A DNA stretch of 64,000 nt, taken from positions 17,823,562 through 17,887,561 of the forward strand of contig CM119268.1 in NCBI GenBank assembly GCA_051294375.1. Direction: 5' to 3'. Position 1 is the first letter of the stretch. Each line of letters starts with the position of its first letter. The notes beneath the pieces were generated by a model. The model saw only the letters and a program-made list of their open reading frames with translations. It was not told the origin of the DNA and searched no databases. This DNA is from Paraspadella gotoi (taxonomy: Eukaryota; Animalia; Chaetognatha). This document shows positions 12,591-29,255 of the stretch, one piece after another. The position numbers and the translations under genes were made by a program.

Positions 12591-13674
12591 AGAAAGGAGA
12601 GAGAGACGAGGACTGATAAAAAAAAACTTATTGTGCGGGGCAAAGAGCATGGCATGGACGAAAAAGACGCTGAAAACGAACACGACGAAAATAACCGCAA
12701 TGAATTCGTTAAAAAAATGAAAATAAAAAAAAACGTTTAAAATTTCTTCTTGAAGAAAATGAAGCGAAAATGAAAGGAAGATGAATCTAAAATGAAGCGA
12801 GAGGCCGAGCCGCGCCCGAGGCGGAACGACGGCGGGACGTAAAATCGGCGACGCATGAAACCCGACGAGTCGATGTCAGGACGAGGAGTCAATGTCAGGA
12901 TTAACTGCTCATCTTCTGTCATCTTGGACATCCGGGAAGAAAGGATCAGTCGTATATTTTCATTCCTCGATGTTTATCCTTAGGACTCATTGTTTTCTAC
13001 ACAAAATTATGAATCCTTAAAAAAATTTCCATTAATGTTTGCAAATCTCCTGGTTAAGCAAATTGAAAATTGATATTAAGTCTTTTCAGTGATGCAGAAA
13101 TCGCATTAGCTAAAATGTTTTTTATTTAATAAGAAATTGAAACGTTAAAAGTTAAAACAAAGAATATTCGCTGTCATCCTGATTGCAAAAGAGCAAAATG
13201 ACCTAAGTATCATCAAGAGACCATGTCGTCTCCTGAATCTCTTGGAAGGTCAAGCGAAGGAAACAACAGGGAAGATTTATCATAAGCTATCGTTAATAAA
13301 TCAATCTCGATGACATTTCTCTCATATAGTAAAGAGAAAAAAAAATAATATCATTGATAATATTTTTAAAAAATCAAAAATATCCGTTATGTACGAGATT
13401 AAATTCATATATTTTCCAGATGTTAGCAAAAATGAATAAAAAAATAATATATCATTTCGTGGCATGAAAGGTCGTCATCGTCGTCGTCGTCGTCGTTGTC
13501 GTCATCTTTCCATCGACGTCTTTCTTGATGTTTTCTAATATTCTTAAACCAAAAAGCTATTTTATGTTTTACTGTGCATTTCCTAAAATAGTTTATAAAT
13601 ATTATATCATTCTCATCTAATCCTCGTTTTCCTAAATTATTTAAGGAACTCTGGAATGGATTCCATATCATTAC

Positions 13675-13682
13675 CTGGTCAT
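13675..13682 (-). CDS. CFAP44: Candidate alternative first coding exon of CFAP44 (ATG ACC AG|gtaat)
   Basis: The phase-2 donor matches the phase-2 acceptor at 11151, giving [18 protein letters not shown]. It lies ~120 bp downstream of an X-box-like site. Confidence 0.5.
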
Positions 13683-13801
13683 CGTCTTTCTATTATCATC
13701 CAGAAAAATCCACATTTCTTTTAAAGAACCGACTGCACTGTAGCCGCGTAGGTCCGGTTCTTTTTTTCTATTTTATCAAGGAAACTCTCGGCTCGCGGGA
13801 C

Positions 13802-13813
13802 GTCCCAAGCAAC
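13802..13813. promoter_or_regulatory. RFX X-box-like site upstream of CFAP44
   Basis: GTCCCAAGCAAC has a strong RGYAAC half-site. It lies between the upstream gene's polyA signal and the candidate CFAP44 first exon. RFX control of ciliary genes is established. Confidence 0.45.
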
Positions 13814-13892
13814 AGGAAAATAAAATAAAATAAAACCGAGAACAAAATATTCAATACAAAAACTAAATCTTAACTAAAATAAATGAAAGAAT

Positions 13893-13898
13893 TTTATT
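13893..13898 (-). terminator. Candidate polyadenylation signal of the orphan gene
   Basis: AATAAA on the minus strand, ~120 nt after the stop at 14017. Confidence 0.4.
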
Positions 13899-14016
13899 AA
13901 AACCAAACAACTTTAATTATGACGAGGATATCAAGCAATTTTTCTGTGGGCAAATAAATAAAATTAACAACTTGTAAATAAAACTTAAATTGTCAATGTG
14001 ATTTAATAGGAATTTT

Positions 14017-16492
14017 TCAACGAACTTTGACAAAGCGTGAGTTTTCGTGCGTCGTTGGCGTCAAAAGTTCACCTGGACTCGTTCGCTCTTCCTCCTCCTC
14101 TTTCACTTCCTCCTCCTCTTCCTCCTCCAGAATCACGTTGTCCTCTTCCTCCGTCTCTTCCTCTTCCGTCGTCTCTGTCTCTGTCTCGCTCTCCGTCTCT
14201 TCGCCGGGTGAGGGCGGCACGTAAGCGTCGGCCAGAGCCGCTGCGGCGTTGGCGCTCTGCATGGACTCGGACAGTCGGGCCAACCAGGACGGGACGGGCA
14301 AGTCCTCGAAGGCGGGCTTTGGCGGCGACGGCGTTCTCGCCCGGCGACGCCGCCCCGCCAGTGTCGCCATTCGCCATTTGTGGATGAGATGGGCGTATTT
14401 GCGGTAAAGCAGCGCGTCGACGGCGGCCTGACTGCGGGCGCGAGCCTCGGCCGAGACCAAGTCGTAGCTGAATCGGTCTGCGACGGGAGCAGTCAAGGAA
14501 TAGGCGCCGGGAACCGGACCTAAACTCGAATCGGAACTGGCATCGAAACCGGAACTCCCGCCCACGTGATAATCCGTCTTGTAAATGACCTCCTCTTCCC
14601 GCAGCACCATCCCCAACACCACTTTGGACTTTAACGACTCCAGCCGAAGACTCTCTCTTCTTTCCTCCTCTTTCCTCTCCTCGTTCCTTCTCTCTTTCTC
14701 CTCCCTCTCCCTCTTCTCCTCTTCCCTCTTCCTCCTCCCGTCGGCCAACACCCTCGCCTCAGTCTCCACCGCCGCCGTCAGCATGAACTTGAGCTGAGCG
14801 GGAGCGGGGGCGGGGAGGTCGCAGGAATCCAGGCCTTTCAAGGTGAGGAGGTGAGGTAAATAGGAAAAGGGACAAAAGGGAAAACGGCAAATTGGAAGAA
14901 TAGAGAAAAAGTAAAAATAAAGAGACGAATAGTTAAAATATTTTTATGATCTAACTTCTTTTATACTATATGGACAATTATGTTTCTTAGAATTTATTTT
15001 CGATATTTTTATATTTTTAAATGCCCTTAAACTTAATCATAATTCATTTTCAAATTTAGAAAACTTTAACTTTAACTTCATTTAAAAAAAAAAGGTTTGC
15101 ACTGAATATGACTAAACCAGTTATTTAATCGACAACCTCCTCCAAATAAGGAAACACCTTCAAAGACGGACTCCAACGCCTCACGAACATCTTCGGTGAC
15201 GATGTCGGGGACGACGATGAAGGACGATCGTCGCGACGAAGGATCGACGACCGCATCCGGCAGTGGCAGCGCCGACGCGGCGGCGACGGCTTCATTATCA
15301 TCCGACGGCCCTCCCTCGCCTCCCTGGACCTCGCCAACGCCCGAGATCTTCGCCACCGTCAACGCCACCTCTCGCTCGTAGGCTTCGATCTTTTCCGCGC
15401 CCTCTGGCATCGACGCCGTCGCCCGTTTGATCTTCTCGAACGATTTGATGAGATTCTGCAGCTGAAGTGTCACTTGAGCCTTGAGACGGTTGGCCACCGG
15501 TGATCCCGTCTCGGAATCGCGGGCAGAGGCGGCTCTGGAGAGCGAAGAGCCTCGACGGGAGACTTGGCGAGGAAGGGGTTCCTTAGGAGCGGCGCGGGAG
15601 GCGGCTTCGTCTTCGGAGGTCTGCTTGGCGACTCTTTCGAGATCGCCTTCATTGAAGGAAGATGCTCTACCTCCTGAAGCGCTTATCACTTTAAACGACG
15701 ACTGCCTGTCGACGACCTTCTCCACCGACGCCACTTTCTTCATCCCCGACTCTTTCCTCGTCAACTCCGGCTTCTTCGAGGGATGCTCCATCGTTTTGCG
15801 GAAACCGATATCGAGAGAAGCGAGACGCTGCGAGCGGCTTGGGTCTCGACGCGTGTAAGGCGTCGTTTGGGCGTGGCGTTCTCCCTCTTCTTTCTTCTCA
15901 TCTTCCTCCTCCCTCTGAATGGTCTCCAATCTTTCCATCAAACCCTGAAGAGGATCTTCGGATCGAAACGACTGACGCATGTGGACGAGCGCATCCAAGG
16001 TTTGGCTTCTCTTTGGAGGACAGGGACGAGGCGAGGCCACGTTTTCCGAGGCGCCATCTTTGTTATGATCCTCTGAAATCTCAGCCTCGATTTTTTCGGA
16101 AAACGAAGCCTCCTCTTCGTCTTCACCTTTTTCTTCTTTCGCTAATTCAATTTCTTCTTCCTCCCATTCTTCTTCATCATCCCCTTCCTCCTCTCCCTCC
16201 TCCTCCTTCTCTTCCTCGCTGCCCCCTTCCTCCATCAAAGCCCCGAAGTTGCTCGACAACTCCTCGAACAGCTTGATAACCTTCTTCCCCTTGCGGACGA
16301 AGGACTTGGCGGCGCGCGGCGTCGTCGTCGGCACCACGCCGGAATCCTCCGACTCTTTCCCGGCGTCGACGGAGCCTTGGGTGACGATGATGTCGATGTC
16401 GGCAGCCGGGCGGCCGTCCGGCGACGGCGTACGGCTGCTCAGCTGCCGACTCAACGCCTTCACCTAATTGAGAGAGAGAGAGAAGAGAGAGA

Positions 16493-16553
<61 letters not shown>

Positions 16554-17225
16554 AGAGATTATTATTTTATTCTATTTTTAGAAACTTCTCGCTTCGCCTC
16601 GCCCACCTGCTCGTCGATGGCGTCGTTGATTTCCTCCAAACTCTGTTCACTCGAAGCGCCGCTCATTTCCGACGGCGGCCGCCCCGCCGCATCTGCACGT
16701 TGTACTGGCGGAGGGCGTACTCTTTGAGGTGAATCACGGCCTCTTTCAGATTCCGCGATTTGCGGCGGGCGGCGGCGTCGTCGGCGAACTGAGCGTCGCC
16801 CTCGAGGCTGTCCCCGGCGCCCCGATCCTCTTCGGAGACGGCGGGGGAAAGGGCCGGAGAGGAACGGGGACTCGGACCCGGGGAGGTTAGGGGTGTGGGG
16901 GCTAGACTCGCGGGGACGGATGGGCCAGGAACTTCCGGGGCGTGGCTGGATTGGCCCTGGCCCTGACCCAAGACCGCGAGCTTCACCTTTTTAGGCATCT
17001 TATTTTGTGAAATAGAATCAGCAGAGATGAAAAAAATTCGGGTACCAATTGACTGTTGAGTCGTTGAAATGAAAAGTTAATGTTTGAAATGAAAAAAAAA
17101 AGTAAAGAGAAAAGATACAAGTTATTGAAATTAGCTCGCCATAAATTTTTTTTAATATTTTGAATTAGTAATTAGTTAAATTTAAACCAATAACGGTCAT
17201 AAAGTTCAATCTTACCTGAATCCAT
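14017..17225 (-). CDS. Uncharacterised acidic, Ser/Glu/Arg-rich, probably disordered protein (~837 aa)
   Basis: Exons 17225-17216, 16986-16607, 16463-15158, 14834-14017 are phase-consistent (1,0,1). They include long GC-rich ORFs (461 and 274 codons) with poly-E tracts and short helical segments. No recognised domain. The 5' structure is ambiguous (see finding). Confidence 0.78.
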
Positions 17226-17311
17226 TGTCGTAGAAAAATATCCAACTGAAAGGTTTGTATTTTATTTAATCCATAGGATTTTAAAAAACAGTCGAAATCG
17301 ACTTAAATCTG

Positions 17312-17344
17312 GTTACCAGGGAAGCTCATGGTCTCTAGGGTATC
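17312..17344. promoter_or_regulatory. Two adjacent RFX X-box-like motifs upstream of the orphan gene
   Basis: GTTACCAGGGAAGC (17312-17325) and GTCTCTAGGGTATC (17331-17344), ~90-120 bp upstream of ATG 17225. Confidence 0.45.
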
Positions 17345-17705
17345 CAGTGTCCTCCAAAATGCAAATTGACTTTATCAATGTTTTTAAAAAATCGAACTAT
17401 TTTTTTTCAATGTTCAATTGGTAGTAATGCTTCTCGTTTAATCTCATTATCTGAAATCACACTAAATAAAAATTATTTTTATCATTTTATTTCCATCTAT
17501 TACAAACCTCTACAGAAACATCTGTTCTTTTGTCTAAAATTATCACTGTCCTTTACCCCATCACACGATGAAAGAAAGTATACAAAACTCAAACAGAAGA
17601 ACAATATTTTCTATCTCAATCTTGTAATTATGGAATCATGAACTGTATTTAAAATAATCACTGGATGCTTTAATTTCTACGTTTAAACAATTTTTTTTTA
17701 AATAT

Positions 17706-21896
<4,191 letters not shown>

Positions 21897-21920
21897 CGCG
21901 AATTTGATCGATTTGAGATT

Positions 21921-21968
<48 letters not shown>

Positions 21969-22630
21969 ATTAGTTTGTCAGGCATAAATTTGGGATAATT
22001 AAACATTTACAGAAAAATAAAAAAATGATTTGCTCTTAAAACGAAGATTGATTTGGGTTGTTTTGGGGGGGNNNNNNNNNNNNNNNNNNNNNNNNNNNNN
22101 NNNNNNNNNNNNNNNNNNNNNNNNNNNNNNNNNNNNNNNNNNNNNNNNNNNNNNNNNNNNNNNNNNNNNNNNNNNNNNNNNNNNNNNNNNNNNNNNNNNN
22201 NNNNNNNNNNNNNNNNNNNNNNNNNNNNNNNNNNNNNNNNNNNNNNNNNNNNNNNNNNNNNNNNNNNNNNNNNNNNNNNNNNNNNNNNNNNNNNNNNNNG
22301 AGAGAGAGATTTCTTAAATCAAAGTCCGAAGACAGAGATAAAGGAGAACCGCCCGGTAATTTATGATTCTTGAGATTTTTTAAACTTTATGTGTTAAACC
22401 GAAGATAACAGATCCTTGTTTTCTTGCAAAATCTAATGAATTGTCTCTTTTTTTTCACGTAATTATTTTTATTTTCTTTAAAAATCTAAGAATAACAGTT
22501 AAAATTTTATTTTTTAGTTTTCTCTGCAGTTTGAATACTATATCTCGTATCGATATTGAAAATAACTATCTATTTTACCACAGAAATTCTTTGCAGTACC
22601 TTTTATCTTTCTTATCGTTCCTATCTCTCT

Positions 22631-22692
<62 letters not shown>

Positions 22693-22876
22693 TCTCTCTC
22701 CTCTCTGCATATTAAAAATAAAATTCCCAAAGCTCGTTCGGTTTAAAATTTCATCTCCGTCTTGGTCGGTCCCATTAAGTTAACGGCTAAGCTCACGGGA
22801 ACTTTCAAAAGCGCCGCGGCCGCAGTTTTTGCCGCCCAAAAAAGCCGAAAACAATCACATGGAAAGGAGAGAGAAG

Positions 22877-22920
<44 letters not shown>

Positions 22921-24929
22921 TTCCAACGCCTCGAATTATTTACAAGCCGAGAGGAGAAATTCGCTCCGAGTTTCGTCAAAGTCATAAATAAGGAAACGAA
23001 GTGAAATTAGACATTTTTTTTCCGTGAGGGGAGAGAGGGGTATAAGAGAGGAAAGGGCGGGTGGGAAAGGCTCACAAATTTTATGGAAGTTCGACCACCT
23101 TGGAGGAAAATAGGCTCGTAACTTCCTCGCTACGAGGACGAGTCTCTCGGACCTGTTCCAGATGCTGGGCCATAATTCATGAATGCGAGATTTAAGCTGC
23201 ATGAAACAGAAACTGGAACATTATTCAGCGCTCATCAACAAAAGAGGTTTTTATCGTTATAGTCAAACTGTCTCTATTTATTCATTGTCGAAATTTTCAA
23301 GAAATGCCGTTACTTGCTTCATTTAACATTTCATTTTTTTAACATGATAATTTCTTAATTCAATCCTTGATACTTCCCCTAATCCCTAACTCTTTTAAAT
23401 TAGTCTGTATTCCAAATCATTTTTAAGCGAAATTGCGTGCTTTTTGGAAAATGTGACAAATGGCATTGAATATTCAGATATGTCATTTAATCAATATCTT
23501 GAATTTTAATTATGGTTCATTCGATGGGATGATGACTTCATTAAAGACGACGACGAAGACGACGACGACGAACGCGACCGAAAAACGGACGTTAATCGAA
23601 AGTGGATCGCTTCCATCGACTTTGACCTCCCGAGCGACGGCCTTGCCCGACGCGTGCCGGTCTTGTTCGTTTACTGATCGCCTCCATTTGATCGATTGCT
23701 CCCCGAAAGACCAAAGGATCCCGAGGTCAACAAGGTTTGCAATCGGCAACGACGTTCCCCTGTACTCACCTCGTTTAGTGCCTCTCTCTTCGTGCCCCGT
23801 GGCTCCACGCCGTCCCCGCGCCCTCAGTGGCCTCGAGACAATTGATAGCCCACGTCGGAGCGACGGCAAGACGAAGCGGACGACGACGACGAGCGACCAG
23901 CGTCGTAGTCTGAGAGACGATCTACACAAGAAGAAAAAAAAGAGCAGAGAGGCGGAGCAGGGCGAGAGCAGAGAGAGAGATGAGGAGCGTGCGAGACGCT
24001 AGAGAGGAGGAGAGATGATAGAGATTAAATGTACAAGAAATTCACTTAGTATTTTCCATGTGCCAGAAGGAGAAAGACATCAAGAGTTTACAGGCCTCCG
24101 CTTGCAGGATTGACGGAAAGTCAAACAGGTTAACCACAACAATAGTCATGAAGTCTCTTCGGTCAAAATGAAAGAAGGAATCATTGGGTAATTCGACGTT
24201 TCGCCTATCGACTTCCTCAGCATTTCTTTTAACTTTTTCCTCTTCAGTTGTTTGTTAACAGCAAATTGGCGCTGAAAAATAAATGGGGCGTTGAGCTGTC
24301 GAAAAAAAAGTTGATCATATACATAGTTCTTATCTAGTGAATGTTTTATCTGTAAAGCTTTTCACTTTTTCTCCGGCTTGGAAGAGGTGCAATGGCAGAG
24401 AGATGGGGAGGGGGTATTAGCGCTTTCTCGTTTTAGGCGAGCCGAGTTTTAATTCGATTTAATGGGGAGAAATGAGCATTTTGGAGGGAGTGTCAAGGTC
24501 TCAGGCTCAGGTTTGAGGTTTGAGGTTTTAGGTATAAGGTTTTGAGATGACCCAGGAGTCAACAACGCGTGACTTTTCATGAGGATTCGATCTTGCATCA
24601 CGACTCTGAGACTCGAGGCTGGAACCCGTTTTTGGTTTTTTGGAAGGGGGGAGAGGAGTGGTGGATTCGAGCAGGGGGGAAAGAGATGGTGGTGACTGAC
24701 GTGATTCAAACGTGGAACCTGAATCGACTGAGACTGACCTTTTTACTCACCAGTCTTATCGTGATGACCAAAGGCTGGTAAGGCTCGGGTTGTTGAGTCT
24801 CCCTTCGTGTGAGGATGGGAAATTTTTACCAGTTGATATGTAAGTTAAATCGACTCTCCGGTCAGGTTTTCCTTATTTATATTTTCAGGAATATTGCGAA
24901 GAGAGATGAGAGAGAGAGAGAGAGAGAGA

Positions 24930-25010
<81 letters not shown>

Positions 25011-25744
25011 AGAGAGAGAGAAGAAGAGAGAAAGAGAGAGAGAGAGAGAGAAGAGAAGAGAGAAAGAGAGATGAAGGGAGGGAGAAGGAGAAGAGGAGAG
25101 GGAGAGAGGAGAAGAAGGAGGATGAAGAGAGAGATAGAGAGAGAAGAGAGAGAGAGAGAGGAGAGAGAGACGAGAGAGAAGAAGAAAGAGAGTGACAAGA
25201 GAGACGAGAGAGAAGCAGAGAGAGAGAGAGAGAGGGAGGGAAATGTCAGTTTCGACTTCAGGTTTCGCAGCTGCAAATAAAAAGCAAAACTTGGGATTCG
25301 AGAAATTCATTTCGACCGCAAATCGAAGATCGATTTTTATTTTGTTTTTGAAGAACTTGTCTTTTGTTTTTGATCAAAAAACTCTGACGATAGGGGCGAC
25401 GTGGACTTTGATGATAATGAGAATGTGCATCGTACTTCAAACGCGACTTTGAGGCTGAACCCTCGCACTTTGCAACCCCAACTGCTCTTTTATTCAAAGA
25501 TCAACTACATCTTGGCAAACAACAACGGCCAAAACAAATACGGGGACGAAAACGACCTTAATTACATAAAATACTTATTTCGTCCACAAAAATATTACAA
25601 ACCTTTTCTTCTCTAATCATTTCTGTCCCAATCTTTTCATTAGTTTCATCATTTTACTTCCTCCTATGTATATAGTTAGTCCAAATTGTAATTTAATTGC
25701 TAATTTATTTACATTTCTTTAAATAATGAGTACATACATATATA

Positions 25745-26678
25745 CAGGGGTGGGACCATATATCAAGACAAAATTTTAAAAAATCATTACGCTAAAACTG
25801 TTAATGCTTTTCGAAATCTGAATAAAGATTCAAATTATGCTCTTTCTTAGCTTTTATCCGATTTATTAATTGTTATGAAATTCGCTGATATAATGCTTAT
25901 TTTGATGAAGCAAAGGCAACTGCTCTGTTTTCTCCGCGCGGTTTGGAAGAAAAATGTTTTACTACTCATTAAACATCCCATTCTAAAAACATGCCAGATA
26001 AAATTATTAATAAAAATGCTTATTTATAGTATAAGAATACTTTTAGCATGGTATACATTACATTTTTGTCAAAAAAATGTTGAGGTAAGTAAGTAAAGTT
26101 CGGGTAAGTTACTATCATAGTCCAATTTTTATTTAAACTGACCTTTATTTAAAAATTTAATAATGATATTGTCAGATATTTAAATTATTCATGTCAGATT
26201 TCAGAATGCAAGATAAAAGGGTCAAGTCAGCAAAAAAAACATAAGTATTTGACGATTTAAGCTTATTTCTTTAGAACAAAGTTTGAAGAGAGATTTAACA
26301 ACGATTTTTATTTCATAGCTTATTTCTTAAAATCTTCTTAAAATTTTGTTTTTTTACCTTATGGAAGTTTAAATAAGTTTAATTTAGATGCTTATGAAAA
26401 TCTGAAATTAGAAGAAATTAAAGAGAAGACATACTACTATCATATTCAGAAACGACCACAGAAAAATATTAACAAGTATGGCTTTTATATAAAAATGACT
26501 AAATGATTTGAAAACATTCACAACGCCCTGTAGTTGTTTAAAATTTGTTATTGTTTCATTGCATATGAAAGTAAAAAGATTTAAAAAGATCTTTTGGCAC
26601 CTATTTTATTATTGTATCTCAAATCATTCAGACAGGGCAGGACGTTAAGTTTTGTCTCGATATATGGTACCACCCCTG
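25745..26678. mobile_element. Non-autonomous Tc1/mariner-type DNA transposon (MITE), 934 bp
   Basis: 29-bp TIRs: CAGGGGTGGGACCATATATCAAGACAAAA and reverse-complement CAGGGGTGGTACCATATATCGAGACAAAA (2 mismatches). TA on both sides (25743-44, 26679-80). AT-rich interior with no transposase ORF. Confidence 0.88.
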
Positions 26679-29185
26679 TATGTACAGTTCATTAACAATT
26701 TCATTGTTACTGTGTTAAATTTCACATTTTGAGCATAATAGATCAAATCAAAATCAAATCCCTCCATCTTCATCTCCCTCTTCATCTTCCTCTTCATCTT
26801 CCTCTTCATCTTCCTCTTCATCTTCCTCTCACCCTCAACATCTCTTCCCCCTTCCCCTCGCTCCCCCACCCTCCCCCCCTCCCGAACGTCTCGACCCCTT
26901 GAGGCCATCACGCTGAGGACAATCGGACGCGACCTTACCTCGGCCTTACTTCGATATGGCCTCACCGCGGTTCGTCCGGTCATTACTCTTTTTTCTTCGG
27001 TCGCAACCGTGCCCCGGCGGCTCGCGCCGGGCCGCAGCCCTTTGTTTTTTTGTCGCTCGAAACCCTTCATTACGCGGGGCAGGACTCGGCGGGAATCGAG
27101 CCGGACGTCGCACCTGATAACGCGGCCGATAAGGGGGCGCAAAGTGTCGAGAGATGAGGCGGTGATGAGAAGAACGAAACAAAAAAATGGAAAACAAAAA
27201 AACAAAACGAAAGAAAAAAGAAAGAAAGAAAAAAAAAAGAAATGAGCGAAAAGCGATGAAGTTGACCAAAAACCTGGGCAGTGTCGCCGTCAGTGTCAGG
27301 AGTGACAGCGTGAATACGAAGGGCGGTGAGATGAGCGACTGTGAAGGAGCGAGAATTTTGCTCGAGGTTAAAAGGAACCGCGACGGGACGTCGAAAAAGG
27401 CCGCGCCCTTTTTTATGGCGCGGAGGCTCGTCTCGTAGATACGATTTCCGGTTGTGAATGGGGAAGGGGCGGGGGGAGGGGGCGGATAAAATCTGTACGT
27501 TTCACTCGGCTAATCTCTAAATTGACTCCATTCTAATTTAAAATCGATACGAAAGACTAAGCTAATTATTTCTTCTCGGTTCAGATTGGGATTAACGACT
27601 TTATACTTTATCAAAATTTTAATTGAAAAAAAATTTGAAAGATTAATCACGAAAATTTGTTTGAAATTAGTACAACCAATATAAAAATTATCCATTCATT
27701 TAATAAATAAGCTGTATTATTGAATGTTTTTTTAAGGAAAAAAAAGTTTAAAAATTGATGAAATTTATAAATTAAAAATTTATAAAAAAGTTTCTATTTG
27801 AATCCAAATCTAAATGTTTAAACTCACTAATCAAAAAAACTATTAGAAAAATATTTTTTTTGGATTTTTCTTTCAATTTTTTTATTACAAAAATATCATT
27901 TTCCGCTAATTAGCATTGAGTCAATGAGTCAATGACAACAACAACGACAATGAGTTTATTGTCCACTAATCGTTCGTCTTCGATTTTTCACGAATCATCG
28001 ACGCCGCTTCGCCTCACTTCCCCATCAGTTTCTGTCTCGTGAATATTTCACAAAGTCTGCGGCGACAAATCACACGGTCACTGCGACTATCTTCTTATTC
28101 TTCGTCGTCGTCGTCTTCGCCTTCGTCCCCGTCGTCGTCTTCGCCTTCGTCCCCGTCGCTAATTAACTCTCTCGTGAGGAATCACGTGACAAAGCCGCTC
28201 CTTTTCTTCACGCTGCTCATCGGCGTGACACCGGCGCGTCCAGCCGTGACTCTTCCCATCTCATTTCTACCTTTTTTTTCTTTTTTTCCTTTATATTCTT
28301 CCATCTCCGCTTTTTTTTTCCTTTAAAATCTTTTTTTTCTTTTTCCATTTTTTTATATAACAATTATAGATAATTTATCAGGTCCATTGTATTACTGTAT
28401 TACTGTACTGAACTGAATTATTTTTAACTCATTATAAAACTGAGTTTAAAAGAAGAATTCAAGGATGAATCAATTAAAAATATTTAAAAAAAAATAGCAC
28501 GTTGGTTTTTGTTATATTACGCGATATTTACGTGAAGAAAACTAAATTATGAAACCGGAAATAGTTGTAAATCCATTTCCAAGTTGTGGCGCTGTCTTGA
28601 CTTTGTGTAATGATTATACGTGTTTATTATTTAACCATAAAAGCATGAAAAACGCCAAAAAATATGTTTTTGCATCAAATTTACATCTATACGCTATGGA
28701 AAAAACCCCAAAAAACTTCATTCAATTAAGTAAGTGGTACTAAGTGAACAAACAAGGATATTTAGAAGTGAGATAGTATGATTATCGAGTACAAAACATA
28801 TTTTGCTCAGCTTATTTGGGGCACAGTATCATAAAATACAGTATATTTACAGTAATATCCTTATAAAATAAGAAATTTTCAAATAGATTTTTATGAATTT
28901 TAATTACAACTTCCGATTCTTCATAAAAAGTGATATCAAAATTATAAAACATGATATCAAAAACGAAAAAAAGGTCAAACTTTTTCACTTTTTCACGTTC
29001 TGTAGTAGAAACTATGATATGAAAAAACATTTAACTTATTTTTCGTAACTTTAACATAAAAATATCCTAGACATATTTTACAAAAGTTTTTTAGTTTTTT
29101 CCGGAAAATCCGAAACTGTTCTCAAAATCAAAAAAATATTATAAGGATATTACTTAGAGAATTGATAAAGTTTTTGTTTGCAACG

Positions 29186-29255
29186 AATTTTATTTATAGT
29201 TGAACAGACAAGTCGAAACAAGTCGAAACATGTCTGTTCAACTATAAATAAAATT
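29186..29255. repeat. Perfect 25-bp inverted repeat with (AGTCGAAACA)2 loop, abutting an assembly gap
   Basis: AATTTTATTTATAGTTGAACAGACA (29186-29210) is the exact reverse complement of 29231-29255. Confidence 0.85.

Noticed and set aside
12737-12931. 64-aa ORF upstream of CFAP44 (MSKMTEDEQ...)
   Set aside because: No recognisable homology and only a weak donor; it could be UTR or another first exon but is unsupported.
13723-13766. 9-bp stem hairpin followed by a T-run, like a rho-independent terminator
   Set aside because: The context is eukaryotic and the T-run is on the non-transcribed orientation; at most a 5' leader hairpin.
22936-24002. Short ORFs on both strands upstream of the GRL gene
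   Set aside because: No recognisable motifs and no consistent exon chain.
24809-25310. ER/SL-repeat ORFs here and elsewhere, plus X-filled ORFs
   Set aside because: These are artefacts of (GA)n microsatellites and N gaps.
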